Source: Sedimentisphaerales bacterium (lineage in GTDB: Bacteria; Planctomycetota; Phycisphaerae; Sedimentisphaerales; SM23-30). From it: DNA of 64,000 nucleotides. Positions 46,413 to 56,385 of the stretch are shown piece by piece. A program made the translations under genes and the position numbers. Within the stretch, counting starts at the first letter, position 1. Every line of letters begins with the position of its first letter. The notes beneath the pieces were generated by a model. That model had not been told where the DNA came from. It made no database searches and saw only the letters and a list, made by a program, of their open reading frames with translations. The DNA lies in assembly GCA_963666285.1 (NCBI GenBank), contig OY762711.1; one strand, given 5' to 3'.

Positions 46413-48593
46413 TTAAATATTAAACTCAACGATATTTTCAGATTCTTTATTTGAAGTTTCATTGTTTATATTACTGGTGTAAGATATCGGCAATGTAACA
46501 GTAAAGATTGTTCCCTTATTATCACTTATCAGGCTAATAGAGCCGTGGTGTCTTTCGATAATTCTTTTTGATATATCAAGTCCAAGCCCTGTGCCTTCGC
46601 CTTTCCCTTTTGTAGTAAATAGAGGTTCAAAGATTTTATCCTGTATTGAAGGCGGTATTCCCGGGCCGGTATCAGCGATTTTGACCTGTACTGTATCTTT
46701 AATTTGTTTAAGTGATATTGTAAGTCTGCCGTTATTATTCATCGCCTGAATAGCGTTTTGTATTAGGTTTGTCCATACCTGGCAAAGTTCGTGGGAATGG
46801 CATAAGACAGGAGGGACAGCATCAAAATGAGTGACAAGTTCAATACCATGTTTGATTTTGTTTTTCCAAAGTAATAGTGCAGTATCAATAGTTTCCTGAA
46901 TATTAGTTTCAGTCATTTCCTGGAATTGTTCTGACCGGGCATAATCCTTGAGTGCCAGCACTACCCTGGAAGACTGGTGAACTGCAGAGTCAATAATCCT
47001 GGTACCATTGATAATAGTTGCTATTCTCTGAATAAAATTTAATATTTTGTCACTATTCCGGGATTGGAAAAGCGGTAAAAATTCTTCATAGTCAGTGACT
47101 ATCCCGGTGTTAGTAAGAAAAGAAGTCACAAGTTCAGGTTTATTTATATTCTTATAATTAAGTTTTTCAGAGATTTGTTTTTTGAGGCTGCGTATTTCCC
47201 TGGAAGATAAATTGTTGTTTGTAGAGTATATTCGATTAATTAACCCTGTAATCAAATCAGAGGAAGTGAAGATATCATTTTCTTCGCTGAGATTGTTTAT
47301 GAGTTCTTCGAACACTTTTTGCATTGTACTGTTGGTTGAGCCAATGGCTCCAAGCGGAGTGTTGACTTCGTGGGCGACACCGGCGGCAATTTGCCCGATA
47401 GTAGCCAGCTTTTCAGTTTGTATGAGTTGAGAAGTGGTATTTTTAAGTTCTATTTCTGCATTTTCCCTGATATGTATTTCCTTTTCCAGAATAAGATTTT
47501 TATCAGACAGTTCTCTAGTTCTTTCCTCGACTATTACTTCCAAGTGTTTTTTATGCCTTATCAGTTCATCCTGAGTTTTTGTGCGTAAATTAAGCTCTTG
47601 TGCGAGCTCGAACCTGTTTTTAAGAATATAATATACACTGGCAGTGAGTGCCAAGGATATAGCAACAGCCAACACTAACGGCCATGATCTCAGGTCTGAC
47701 ATATTGATATTTTTACTGATGTTGATTACATATTTCTGGTTATAGATAGAAATCTTGTATTCAGAGGCCAGTTTAACATTTCCCACAGTGTTGGTGATTT
47801 TTTCAGCATTTATATTAAGGATGGGGCTGATATTACCTTCAATATTGTTAATATCCGGCATGAGTGAGATGGAAATGCTATTGCTAAGCAGCACTTTTTC
47901 AATTAGTTTACCAGAGTTGACAATAAGAATAATCATGCCGTTATTGTTGTTTATTCTTTCTTCCTCAGTTTGAGGCCAGTATTTGCCCTCGTAAACAGGT
48001 ATGCAAATCATAAAATCACCCGGATCTTCAAATATCAGCCTGCTGCCGAAATAGTGTTCCGGTTTGCCGGATTTTAATGCTTTCTGAAAAGTAGTTTTAA
48101 TATTATCCAGAGAATTGATATCGCAGCCAAGATAACGAACATTTTCCGGTATATACGGTTCACAATATTCTATAGGGTAATATTGTTTTTTATTTTCCAG
48201 CTTAACCTGCTTATTCATATTGTCCAGACTATACACATCGTAATTTATAATTCCCCAGTATCTTTTCTCCTCAATAAATTTATTGAGTCTGTCAGCTTTT
48301 ACCCTGGGACTGTATGCCGCAGTTTTAACAGTTGGGTAGTTAGCCAGGGCATCTTCGGCAAAGATTCTGAATTCATCTACATCGATATAATCAGAAGCAT
48401 GAAAGAAAGACTGGAAATTGACAGAAAGATTATATACCTGGTTAAAATGTTCAGAAAGCAGGGTAACAATCTGGTTAGATTCATAGTCAAATCCTTTTCT
48501 TTCATGATCGATTATTTCCCGCCAAGAAAAAGTTAATGATAGTGTCAAGACACAAATCGCAAATATAATAGTAATTGAAATAGTTCTTTTCAT
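46413..48593 (-). CDS. CHASE-domain sensor histidine kinase (NtrB-like HisKA)
   Basis: CHASE YYPIEYCEP..LG.D, EKLATIGQIAAGVAHEVNTPL, QVWTNLIQNA, GEGTGLGL. Confidence 0.9.
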   Translation of the reverse strand: MKRTISITIIFAICVLTLSLTFSWREIIDHERKGFDYESNQIVTLLSEHFNQVYNLSVNFQSFFHASDYIDVDEFRIFAEDALANYPTVKTAAYSPRVKADRLNKFIEEKRYWGIINYDVYSLDNMNKQVKLENKKQYYPIEYCEPYIPENVRYLGCDINSLDNIKTTFQKALKSGKPEHYFGSRLIFEDPGDFMICIPVYEGKYWPQTEEERINNNNGMIILIVNSGKLIEKVLLSNSISISLMPDINNIEGNISPILNINAEKITNTVGNVKLASEYKISIYNQKYVINISKNINMSDLRSWPLVLAVAISLALTASVYYILKNRFELAQELNLRTKTQDELIRHKKHLEVIVEERTRELSDKNLILEKEIHIRENAEIELKNTTSQLIQTEKLATIGQIAAGVAHEVNTPLGAIGSTNSTMQKVFEELINNLSEENDIFTSSDLITGLINRIYSTNNNLSSREIRSLKKQISEKLNYKNINKPELVTSFLTNTGIVTDYEEFLPLFQSRNSDKILNFIQRIATIINGTRIIDSAVHQSSRVVLALKDYARSEQFQEMTETNIQETIDTALLLWKNKIKHGIELVTHFDAVPPVLCHSHELCQVWTNLIQNAIQAMNNNGRLTISLKQIKDTVQVKIADTGPGIPPSIQDKIFEPLFTTKGKGEGTGLGLDISKRIIERHHGSISLISDNKGTIFTVTLPISYTSNINNETSNKESENIVEFNI

Positions 48594-49672
48594 GGGTTAA
48601 TGTCAACAGCAGAGTTAAGAATGGAAGATGGAAGTGAAATCCCTGCTTTTTCCAATAATTTACTATTTATATAAGTATTCCATTTACGGTTACTAATAAT
48701 CGGTATCTGGGCGGGGGCAGTTCCATCCAGTATTTTCAGCGTGGTATTTGCTGCGTATTGGCCTTGTTCTTCCGGTGAATTAGTGATTCCGAGCATAGCA
48801 TACGGCATGATCCAGTTATGAGTGGCAATCGATATAACTTTAGAGTTTTTATAGACTATCTCAAGAGCTTTGTTATTGTCCCAATCTGTGATAGTGACAG
48901 GATTGACGAAAATAATGAAATCAGTATATTGAGCCTTGATATACTCTGACTCGAAATCCTGCATAGATGATATTTCAGCTTTAATAATGTTAATGTTATG
49001 TGTTTGAAAGATATCATTTACCCGATTAGCATTTTTAATTGAAGATAAGCAGTCAGGGTAAATAATGGTACCTTTCTGAGTATTGGTGTCTACAGTTTTA
49101 AGGGTCGAGATTAAGTTATTAATAGGATATATTTCTATTATCCCGGTAATATTCGAGCAAGGGTATCCATATTCATCTGCAGTCCAGTTTATTCCGCAGA
49201 AAACAACCGGTATATCGCTATTTTTATAATATTCAGCGATGAGGTACTTATTGGCATTGTCATCAGCAGCGATGATGATATCCGGCTGCCATGCCTGTAT
49301 AATATTATGTGCTTCTAATGCTTTACCAGAAATAAAGTCAGGGTTGGTGTTGCGTTTAGAATCCATATAAAAAGACCTAAGATTGCATTTGTTGTCCAGT
49401 CCGTCAAACAATGCCTTGTCAATTTTATCCTGCCATTCGTACCCTTTATGATAGGAGGCAATGTAAAAGCATTTTTTTAGATTATTTTTGGCATCAGGTG
49501 CAATGTTTTCATTATCAGATGCCAGGAATTTTGGCGGATCAGGATCCTGTATCTTATCATATGTTTTTTCATACTTTATATAGATTAAGTAAGTTATTAG
49601 AAGCAGAATGAAAACCAAAGAAAGTATAAAAATGTTGTTTTTGACTTTAAACAAAAGAATATACCTTTTCAT
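48590..49672 (-). CDS. ABC-type substrate-binding family protein, membrane-anchored
   Basis: SYHKGYEW, MDSKRN, AADDNA, PVVFCGIN, NITG, EQG. Stop overlaps the kinase start. Confidence 0.85.
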   Translation of the reverse strand: MKRYILLFKVKNNIFILSLVFILLLITYLIYIKYEKTYDKIQDPDPPKFLASDNENIAPDAKNNLKKCFYIASYHKGYEWQDKIDKALFDGLDNKCNLRSFYMDSKRNTNPDFISGKALEAHNIIQAWQPDIIIAADDNANKYLIAEYYKNSDIPVVFCGINWTADEYGYPCSNITGIIEIYPINNLISTLKTVDTNTQKGTIIYPDCLSSIKNANRVNDIFQTHNINIIKAEISSMQDFESEYIKAQYTDFIIFVNPVTITDWDNNKALEIVYKNSKVISIATHNWIMPYAMLGITNSPEEQGQYAANTTLKILDGTAPAQIPIISNRKWNTYINSKLLEKAGISLPSSILNSAVDINP

Positions 49673-50171
49673 TAATTATAAATATAAGACTTTACAATAT
49701 TTAATTATTCGGTTTATTAGCGTGGACTACTAAAATGAAAAGTATAGATTATTGCTAATTATAGCAGGCTTGGTTTTTGAATGTAGTATTGTGTTTGGTA
49801 AGTCTTTTTCTAGTATGCGGTTACATTTTATGATGCTGGTGCGTCCGGCTGGCAGGTCAGTGTTTTGAAATATATTGAAGGAATTCTTATAGGACGTGAT
49901 TTGAGTAGATGTGTTAAAAAAGTTGTCAAAGGGCAAGGGTGTATATAATTAAATATGGTCTCCTTTTGAAATAGAAAACTATAACGCCTTAAAGATTATA
50001 ATTTGCTAAAAAGGTAAGATAATTTTACTTTTAATACCACCAGTGATAAGACAGGAAGCATACTTAAACTGAAGATAATCCAGGTATAATGGATCTGGAC
50101 TGCTGCTGAAGAGGACAACCAATAATTAGATGTCTGCTAAAATTTGTATGCTGAAGAATATAGCCAATAGG

Positions 50172-52256
50172 TTATTTTTGGAACTTATCGATATCGCTCC
50201 ATTTTTTGATGCCGATGGTTTTTAGGTAGGGAGCGAAAACGTCATCTTCGCGATCAGTATCGGCAGCCTGGAAGAGAAACCAGACCGGTTTGCGTCCGGC
50301 AGGATCGTCAGTCTGGTCGGGGAATTTGCGAAGTCCTATTCTCAGTCCGCCTTCGTGTCGGTTATCGATCCAGTTATGCCACTGGAAGCCATCTATGCCA
50401 TCGAGATCTTTCATTGATTTCCAGGTGTAGGCAAACCCGGCAGCCTGTTCGGTGAGATCTTTCTCGGAGTAAGATTTTGAGTTAGTGCCATTTTCGGAGA
50501 GCCAGAGAGAGCGTTTTTGAGTGCCTTCATATAGCATTTCAGTCGATTTGATCCATTGGTCTAGTACTTTCAGGTTTTTGAAAGTTATGAGTGGAGTGTC
50601 AATATTGAATTTAGCTTTTGTATCGAGCCAGGTTTTTGGTTCTAAAAGGCTTTCTGGGTATGGATGATGAGCTACAGCCCATTGGAAGTCACCTTCAACG
50701 CGGGAGAATTTAAGAAGGATTTCCATCAGGTCTTTGGAAGGGTAATAATGCGGGTGTGAAGTCCAAGCCCAGTAGTGGGTAAGAGAGATAAAGACTTCGG
50801 ATTGCGGATTATAGCTGCGGGCAATAGCGTAGCACATTCGCATGGATTTGATGTAGGTGTCCATAAAGACGAGGTCGGTTTTGACGCCCATATTTGTCCA
50901 GGTCCAGCCGGCATCGACTTCGTTGTGCATGATCCAGTGGTGGATTCTGCCGTATTTTTTGTCGGGGCGGCTATATCGTGAGGCGAGGAAATCGAGAGCT
51001 GCGGCGTAGCAGTTAACGCTTTCAGGGGTGGTCATATTGGGCATGGAGAAAATCCCGGAAGGGTCCATGTCCGGATGCTGAAGTAAGGCGTCCGGTGAAG
51101 GCTGGTTTTTGTCAATGAGGAGTATGGCAGCAACAATTATATTTCGTTTGGCAGCTTCCAGAAGAGTATGGTCCAGTTGCTGGAAATATCCCTGGTTGAA
51201 ATAGTACATTATGCCGTTATAGTTATGTTCAATATTGCCCGGCGATTTAGTCTTTGTCATAAAACGAGCAAATGGTATATTGACAGTGATACTAGCTATA
51301 TCGAGATCGTCGAGGTCGTTTGTATGTCCTCGTGATATGTCAAAGCCACCGATCCCTTTACGGCCTTTGAGGGCTTGCGGCATAATATTATATTTAGGTT
51401 CGATTTCGTCCGGGTAATGGGCGTGAGAAATGAGTTTCAATCCGGATGGAGTGTCCATAGCGAGAGCCCATTTGGAGAGCAGGCTGTCATATTTAATATC
51501 TTTTCGCTGTTGATATCTTGGAAACGATTCTGAGAAGTTAAGTTTCTTTATAGGCTTGAATTTGATTATGCTGTCGGTATCCGTGACGTCCAGATAAGGC
51601 GGTATTTCGCACAGGTATATATTATCTAATTTGTCTAACGTGCCTGAGATTGTAATGGTCTCAAAATTGGCAGATATTTTATCGATTTTGCAATTGAATT
51701 CGGTATCCAGGTATGTTTGCAGGTTTTTATGGAAGATGGCATCTCTTTGTTTTTTTGCTTCACGCTGCAGCGCGATTTGCTTTTCGCGGTCGGTGAAGGA
51801 TCTAAGGCGAAGATTACGCATCTGGATGTTGGTGTTGGGCTTTCTGCCCAAATCAAGGCGTAAGTAATCGCCAGGTTTGCCCCAGTCGAGCATTTTGTCT
51901 GAGAGGTCGACAGAGTAAGTCGTCCAGCCTTCGGCCATATCGATATTTTTTAGTGAAGCAGATTTTGATTCAGATTCAGGCGGCCCGAAGAAAACCTGAA
52001 AATCGCTAATGCCTGATGGGCAGAAGTATTCGAAAGAAAGTACCTTGTGGTTGTCGGGGAGGTTAACTTTGAGCGGATAAGTTTTTATGTAAGGGTCCGA
52101 GTCTGAGGTTATTATTTGACAGGTGCTGCCATCTTTTGTGCATTGCAGCTGGTTGGCAGAGTCCTGGTTGATGTTAAGAGAGGTTGAGGGAAGATCCTGG
52201 CTGTAAAGCTGGAGGGATAAAAGACTAAACAATATGATTCCAATGTAAAATTTCAT
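50172..52256 (-). CDS. Secreted DUF5722-like clan GH-A glycoside hydrolase
   Basis: Signal peptide, WIMHNEVD acid/base, HHPYP, LSENG nucleophile. Confidence 0.75.
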   Translation of the reverse strand: MKFYIGIILFSLLSLQLYSQDLPSTSLNINQDSANQLQCTKDGSTCQIITSDSDPYIKTYPLKVNLPDNHKVLSFEYFCPSGISDFQVFFGPPESESKSASLKNIDMAEGWTTYSVDLSDKMLDWGKPGDYLRLDLGRKPNTNIQMRNLRLRSFTDREKQIALQREAKKQRDAIFHKNLQTYLDTEFNCKIDKISANFETITISGTLDKLDNIYLCEIPPYLDVTDTDSIIKFKPIKKLNFSESFPRYQQRKDIKYDSLLSKWALAMDTPSGLKLISHAHYPDEIEPKYNIMPQALKGRKGIGGFDISRGHTNDLDDLDIASITVNIPFARFMTKTKSPGNIEHNYNGIMYYFNQGYFQQLDHTLLEAAKRNIIVAAILLIDKNQPSPDALLQHPDMDPSGIFSMPNMTTPESVNCYAAALDFLASRYSRPDKKYGRIHHWIMHNEVDAGWTWTNMGVKTDLVFMDTYIKSMRMCYAIARSYNPQSEVFISLTHYWAWTSHPHYYPSKDLMEILLKFSRVEGDFQWAVAHHPYPESLLEPKTWLDTKAKFNIDTPLITFKNLKVLDQWIKSTEMLYEGTQKRSLWLSENGTNSKSYSEKDLTEQAAGFAYTWKSMKDLDGIDGFQWHNWIDNRHEGGLRIGLRKFPDQTDDPAGRKPVWFLFQAADTDREDDVFAPYLKTIGIKKWSDIDKFQK

Positions 52257-52300
52257 GAATACGCAGCTCCCTTAGTAAATGTTTTTCAAAACATATATTC

Positions 52301-53424
52301 TATACTATTCTCAATTGAAAATGTCTGTAAATTAATATTGGACCTCGTATATGTCCGATAAATATTATATATGAAGTATTACAGGTTGTCAAAAGCAGAA
52401 ATAGCTGAATTAGAAGCTTTGCATCGCAGTATGTTTGATCGTCGTCAAGCAGACCGAGTAAAAGCAGTTATAGCATTGGCTAAAGGCTGGTCTGCATCTC
52501 AATTGCAGAAATTCTTCTTTTTGATGAGAGAACTTCACGGCGTTATTTTATGCTTTATAAAGAAGGTGGCAGTCGAGCTTTGCTTGAAGCTCATTATTTT
52601 GGAGCAGAACCGAAACTTAATGATGAGCAGATGAAAGAATTGGAAGGTTATCTTACGGCTAATACTCTGCCAGATGCCAAAGCTGTCGTTGCTTATATTC
52701 TCAAACAATACGGCATTCATTATTCAGTTAGCGGCGTAACCCATTTGCTGCATCGTCTTGGTTTTTCCTACAAAAAGCCCAAGCATGTTCCAGGTAAGCA
52801 AGCCCCGGAAAAACAACATGAATTTATTAAGCAATACGAGCAAATACAGGCAGAAAAGGGTGAAAATGATCCTATTTACTTTGCTGATGCTACACACCCA
52901 CATCACAATAGTGTGCCTTCATACGGCTGGATAAAAAAGGGGCAGGAAAAAGAACTTAAGGCTAATTGTGGTCGCCAAAGACTGAATATAAATGGTACTC
53001 TTGACATTGAGACTCTTGAGCCGGTAACAGGTATTTATGACACAATAAATGCCCAATCAACAATAGATTTGTTTTCCAGAATAGAAGCAAAACACCCCAA
53101 GGCAGATGTCATATATATCATTGTAGATAATGCCCGATACTATCGCTCTCAAGTCCTGAAAGAAGCTCTGGAAAGAACGAAGATCAAACTGATATTTTTA
53201 CCTCCATATTCGCCGAATCTTAATTTGATTGAGCGATACTGGAAGTTCTTTAAGATAAAGGTCTTGAATAATTGCTACTATGAAACCTTTGATGAATTCA
53301 AATACGCGTGCATAAGTTTTTTTAGAAAACGGAAAAAGTACTTGCCTGAATTACAAACATTGATCACTGAAAATTTCCATATTCAAACTATTTGAAACGG
53401 ACATTCTCAATGATGGGTAGTATA
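52301..53424 (+). mobile_element. IS630-family insertion sequence with TA duplication
   Basis: Imperfect TIRs TATACTAttctcaATTGAaAATGTCtGT versus reverse complement TATACTAcccatcATTGAgAATGTCcGT; TA at both ends. Confidence 0.9.
52371..53395 (+). pseudogene. IS630 transposase, frameshifted near 52501
   Basis: HTH plus DDE (FADAT, VDNARYY, LPPYSPNLNLIE). One missing A (CAATT vs CAAATT) joins 52371.. to 52550..53395 via SQIAEILLFDERT. Confidence 0.85.
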
Positions 53425-53710
53425 TTGTATGCTTCAGGGATATCAATAGAAATGTCTGAGGGGAAATTGATCCTGAGGGTAGATGCAGCAGCAGGTTTTA
53501 TCTCAATAAAAGACGGCTTGACTTTCGATGACTTTGCCGGGATATTTATGTCGCTGCTAAGTATCTTAACCTTGCGGGTAAAAGTTGATAATGCAAAGCC
53601 ATTGTCCCTCAGTAAGCCGGGATGTTTTGACCACTCGATTCAAACTTCTTAATCTCTGCCTGCCAGAATTCCTTGCTGCGGAATATGCATTTTTTGCCTG
53701 ATTGTGACAT
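53425..53710 (-). pseudogene. IS66 accessory protein TnpA relic, frameshifted and cut by IS630
   Basis: MSQSGKKCIFRSKEFWQAEIKKFESSGQNIPAY, shift at ~53610, then RDNGFALSTF...FIEI...LRINFPSDISIDIP. GTAAG-type end near 53786. Not in the ORF track. Confidence 0.7.
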
Positions 53711-54137
53711 AAATAATCCTGTACTGATTGGGGTGTTGGTATATTCAATCAACCAGAACAGATTTTATCAACTCCATATAAACTTACAACGGGCGGTTCG
53801 CCGAACGGACACGTAACAGATTCAGAATAATACTTTTTGTTAATAATTTTTAGAGTATTATGTTTCCATTTTTACGAGCCTATGGTGGTTAAATGTATGT
53901 GAGTTATTGGCTGTTTTATATCTGTAGTGTGTTCTAAGTCTAAGTGGAGTATGTGTTTATGTTTTAAGTGGGTGTTTTTGTGTATGTTTTTTGTTTTTTG
54001 TGTCAGGTTCTATATTTTTGAATGATGTATTTTAATTTTTTTATAAAAAACTATTTTCCACCTAAAATAATATAAAAAAAAACATTATTATTAATGAAAG
54101 GTAAAATATTAAAACTTATTGAGAGTTGTAACAAAGA

Positions 54138-54668
54138 ATGAGAGATGAGAAATCGGATAATCTACTGTTTTTTAGGCTATATAACCGTGTTAGTGCCAGA
54201 ATATTTTCACTGATCCTGATTATAGTTCATGACCACAATGATGCCGAAGATATTCAGCAGGATGTTGCATCGGCGATGTGGGAAAAATTTGATCAGTTTG
54301 AAAAAGGAACAAATTTTGAGGCATGGGCGATTACAATTGCCAGAAATAAGGCATTAGAGTTTTTACGAAAGAATAAGAAAAGCCGGATGGTTTTTGGCGA
54401 TAAATACTATGATCTTATTTCTGAATATGCGGCAAAGGAGACTGAGGATGTTACTGATAATATTCAAAATGTTAAGCGTTGTATAAAAAAGCTGCCGGAA
54501 AAAGATGTTAAGCTGCTAAATATGAGATTTCGTAAAAATATTTCATTGAAGCAGATATCAAGTGTGACAGGCCGTTCGAGCAGCAGTTTGTGTCAGAGTT
54601 TTTCACGGATCCTTGATTTGTTGAGGGTTTGTATGAAGCAAGAAAGGGCTTTTCAGTCTAGCCTATGA
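54138..54668 (+). CDS. ECF sigma-70 factor
   Basis: DAEDIQQDV..MWEKFDQF..GTNF.AWA..IARN; region 4. Confidence 0.92.
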   Translation: MRDEKSDNLLFFRLYNRVSARIFSLILIIVHDHNDAEDIQQDVASAMWEKFDQFEKGTNFEAWAITIARNKALEFLRKNKKSRMVFGDKYYDLISEYAAKETEDVTDNIQNVKRCIKKLPEKDVKLLNMRFRKNISLKQISSVTGRSSSSLCQSFSRILDLLRVCMKQERAFQSSL

Positions 54669-56347
54669 GTAATGATTGGCAGAAAATTGAAATACTGCTC
54701 ATACGTCTCCTTGAGAATGAGTTAACAGATGCTGAATTTGAGACTCTCAAAGAATGGATGGCAGGAGATGAGAAGGCAGTTTCCAGGTATTGTGAATTTA
54801 TAAAGCACTATTCGGTAGTGCAAAATGCCATAAAAGGAGAATTGCTTGATAGCTGCAAGTCAGGTGAGGGGTTGGATGTTACAATTCTGGAGCGAATGCT
54901 TGATACGGAAGAGTTAGCTCCAGAAGTTGAGATATCTGATCCGGAAAGTCAAGTAGAAGTAGTAAAGGAAGTTGAAATTCCAGGACCGGTATCTCATAAA
55001 TCTAGTAAGTTATATTTCATATATAGCCTGATAGTTTCTACTGCTGCGGTATTTTTGTTAATGTTTATAGTTTATGCGACCATATTTCCACCCAAACGAG
55101 GAGAGGATGTTGCAAAGATTTCAGATCAGCTAAACGTACAATGGTGTCGAAATGGTGAAAAGCTGTTGACTAATGATCGTTTATTGACGAATCAGCCGCC
55201 ATACAGGATAGAAAGCGGTCTGATAAAAATCGAATTTGATAGAGGTGTGGAAGTTCTGGTTGAAGGACCAGCCAGTTTTTCGTTACCATCCGATAATGAA
55301 TTTGAAATCTTGAATGGAAAAGCGTATGCGAAGGTTCCTAAAAAGGCCACCGGTTTTACTATGTTGAGTCCTAACTCAAAGGTTATTGATTTAGGCACAG
55401 AATTTGGTATTAGCGTAGACAATTTTGGAGAAAGTGATATTCATCTGGTCAAAGGTAAAGCCAATTTGATCGCAGGATTCCGTGACCAGAATAAAGAAAG
55501 CATGATGTTGGAAGTTGGAAAAAGTAAACGTGTAGATTTGAATGCACAAGTAAATGATATAAAATTTGATGAAAATCTGTTTGCTCGTGAGATGTATTCT
55601 GAAGTGAATTTTGTGTGGCGAGGCGAAGGTAGTGTAGATGTAGTTGAATTGTTAAAGGGAAGATTTGGTTTTAACAAAAGTGATCATAGTTACTTTGCAA
55701 TTAACCACTCCACAGGCCAATGCTTTATTGAAAATCAGATATTTGATTATAATACTGATAATAAGTTCCATCCTGTTGAATACAGTCCATTTGTTGATGG
55801 TGTTTTTGTACCAGACAGCAGTAATTCATATCAAGTTATTTCGACAAGTAATATTGTTTTTGAAAATTGTCCGATGACTAATAGTGAATGGTGGTATCCG
55901 ATACTGACAAAACCAGTTGAGTATGTTAAAATTAGGCAAAAAGTAGTGTACAGGCTTAATGGTTTAGATTGGAAAATTGACGGGAAATTGTATGGTGATG
56001 ATGAAAGTGCATTTGTTCTGCATGCAAATAGCGGCATAACGTTGGACCTTTCAAAAGTCAGAGATGCCATACCTGGTGTAAGTGTACATTCTTTTACGGC
56101 AGATCTTGGAGTTGTTGAAGCTGACGGAGAAGATTCCAAGCGTAATATGACAGATTTCTGGATATTGATTGATGGCAAGCTAAAACAACATGTAACCAGG
56201 AAACAGGTTTTAGTTCACTCGGATTATGTGTTTATTGATTTTGATGTAGAGGACAGGTTTTTAACATTTATCGCTACTGACGGGGGTGACGATATAACAT
56301 GTGACTGGTGGGTTATAGGTAATCCAAAGTTAAATATCGGCAATTAG
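54665..56347 (+). CDS. FecR-type anti-sigma factor with C-terminal NPCBM-like domain
   Basis: TM, EGPASF, VIDLGTEFG, HANSGITLDL, FLTFIATDGGD. Coupled to the sigma gene. Confidence 0.88.
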   Translation: MSNDWQKIEILLIRLLENELTDAEFETLKEWMAGDEKAVSRYCEFIKHYSVVQNAIKGELLDSCKSGEGLDVTILERMLDTEELAPEVEISDPESQVEVVKEVEIPGPVSHKSSKLYFIYSLIVSTAAVFLLMFIVYATIFPPKRGEDVAKISDQLNVQWCRNGEKLLTNDRLLTNQPPYRIESGLIKIEFDRGVEVLVEGPASFSLPSDNEFEILNGKAYAKVPKKATGFTMLSPNSKVIDLGTEFGISVDNFGESDIHLVKGKANLIAGFRDQNKESMMLEVGKSKRVDLNAQVNDIKFDENLFAREMYSEVNFVWRGEGSVDVVELLKGRFGFNKSDHSYFAINHSTGQCFIENQIFDYNTDNKFHPVEYSPFVDGVFVPDSSNSYQVISTSNIVFENCPMTNSEWWYPILTKPVEYVKIRQKVVYRLNGLDWKIDGKLYGDDESAFVLHANSGITLDLSKVRDAIPGVSVHSFTADLGVVEADGEDSKRNMTDFWILIDGKLKQHVTRKQVLVHSDYVFIDFDVEDRFLTFIATDGGDDITCDWWVIGNPKLNIGN

Positions 56348-56385
56348 TTATGTAGTTTTATTAACATTTTATTGGAGGAATTCTG

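Noticed and set aside
52490..52530. Programmed frameshift in the IS630 transposase
   Set aside because: The shift falls inside the first HTH at CAATT with no slippery A-run; mutation or sequencing error is more likely.
53392..53652. 86-aa + strand ORF after the transposase
   Set aside because: It spans the IS end and is antisense to the IS66 tnpA relic.
52276..53786. Complete miniature IS66 bounded by GTAA ends
   Set aside because: Putative ends match poorly and no 8-bp target duplication flanks them.
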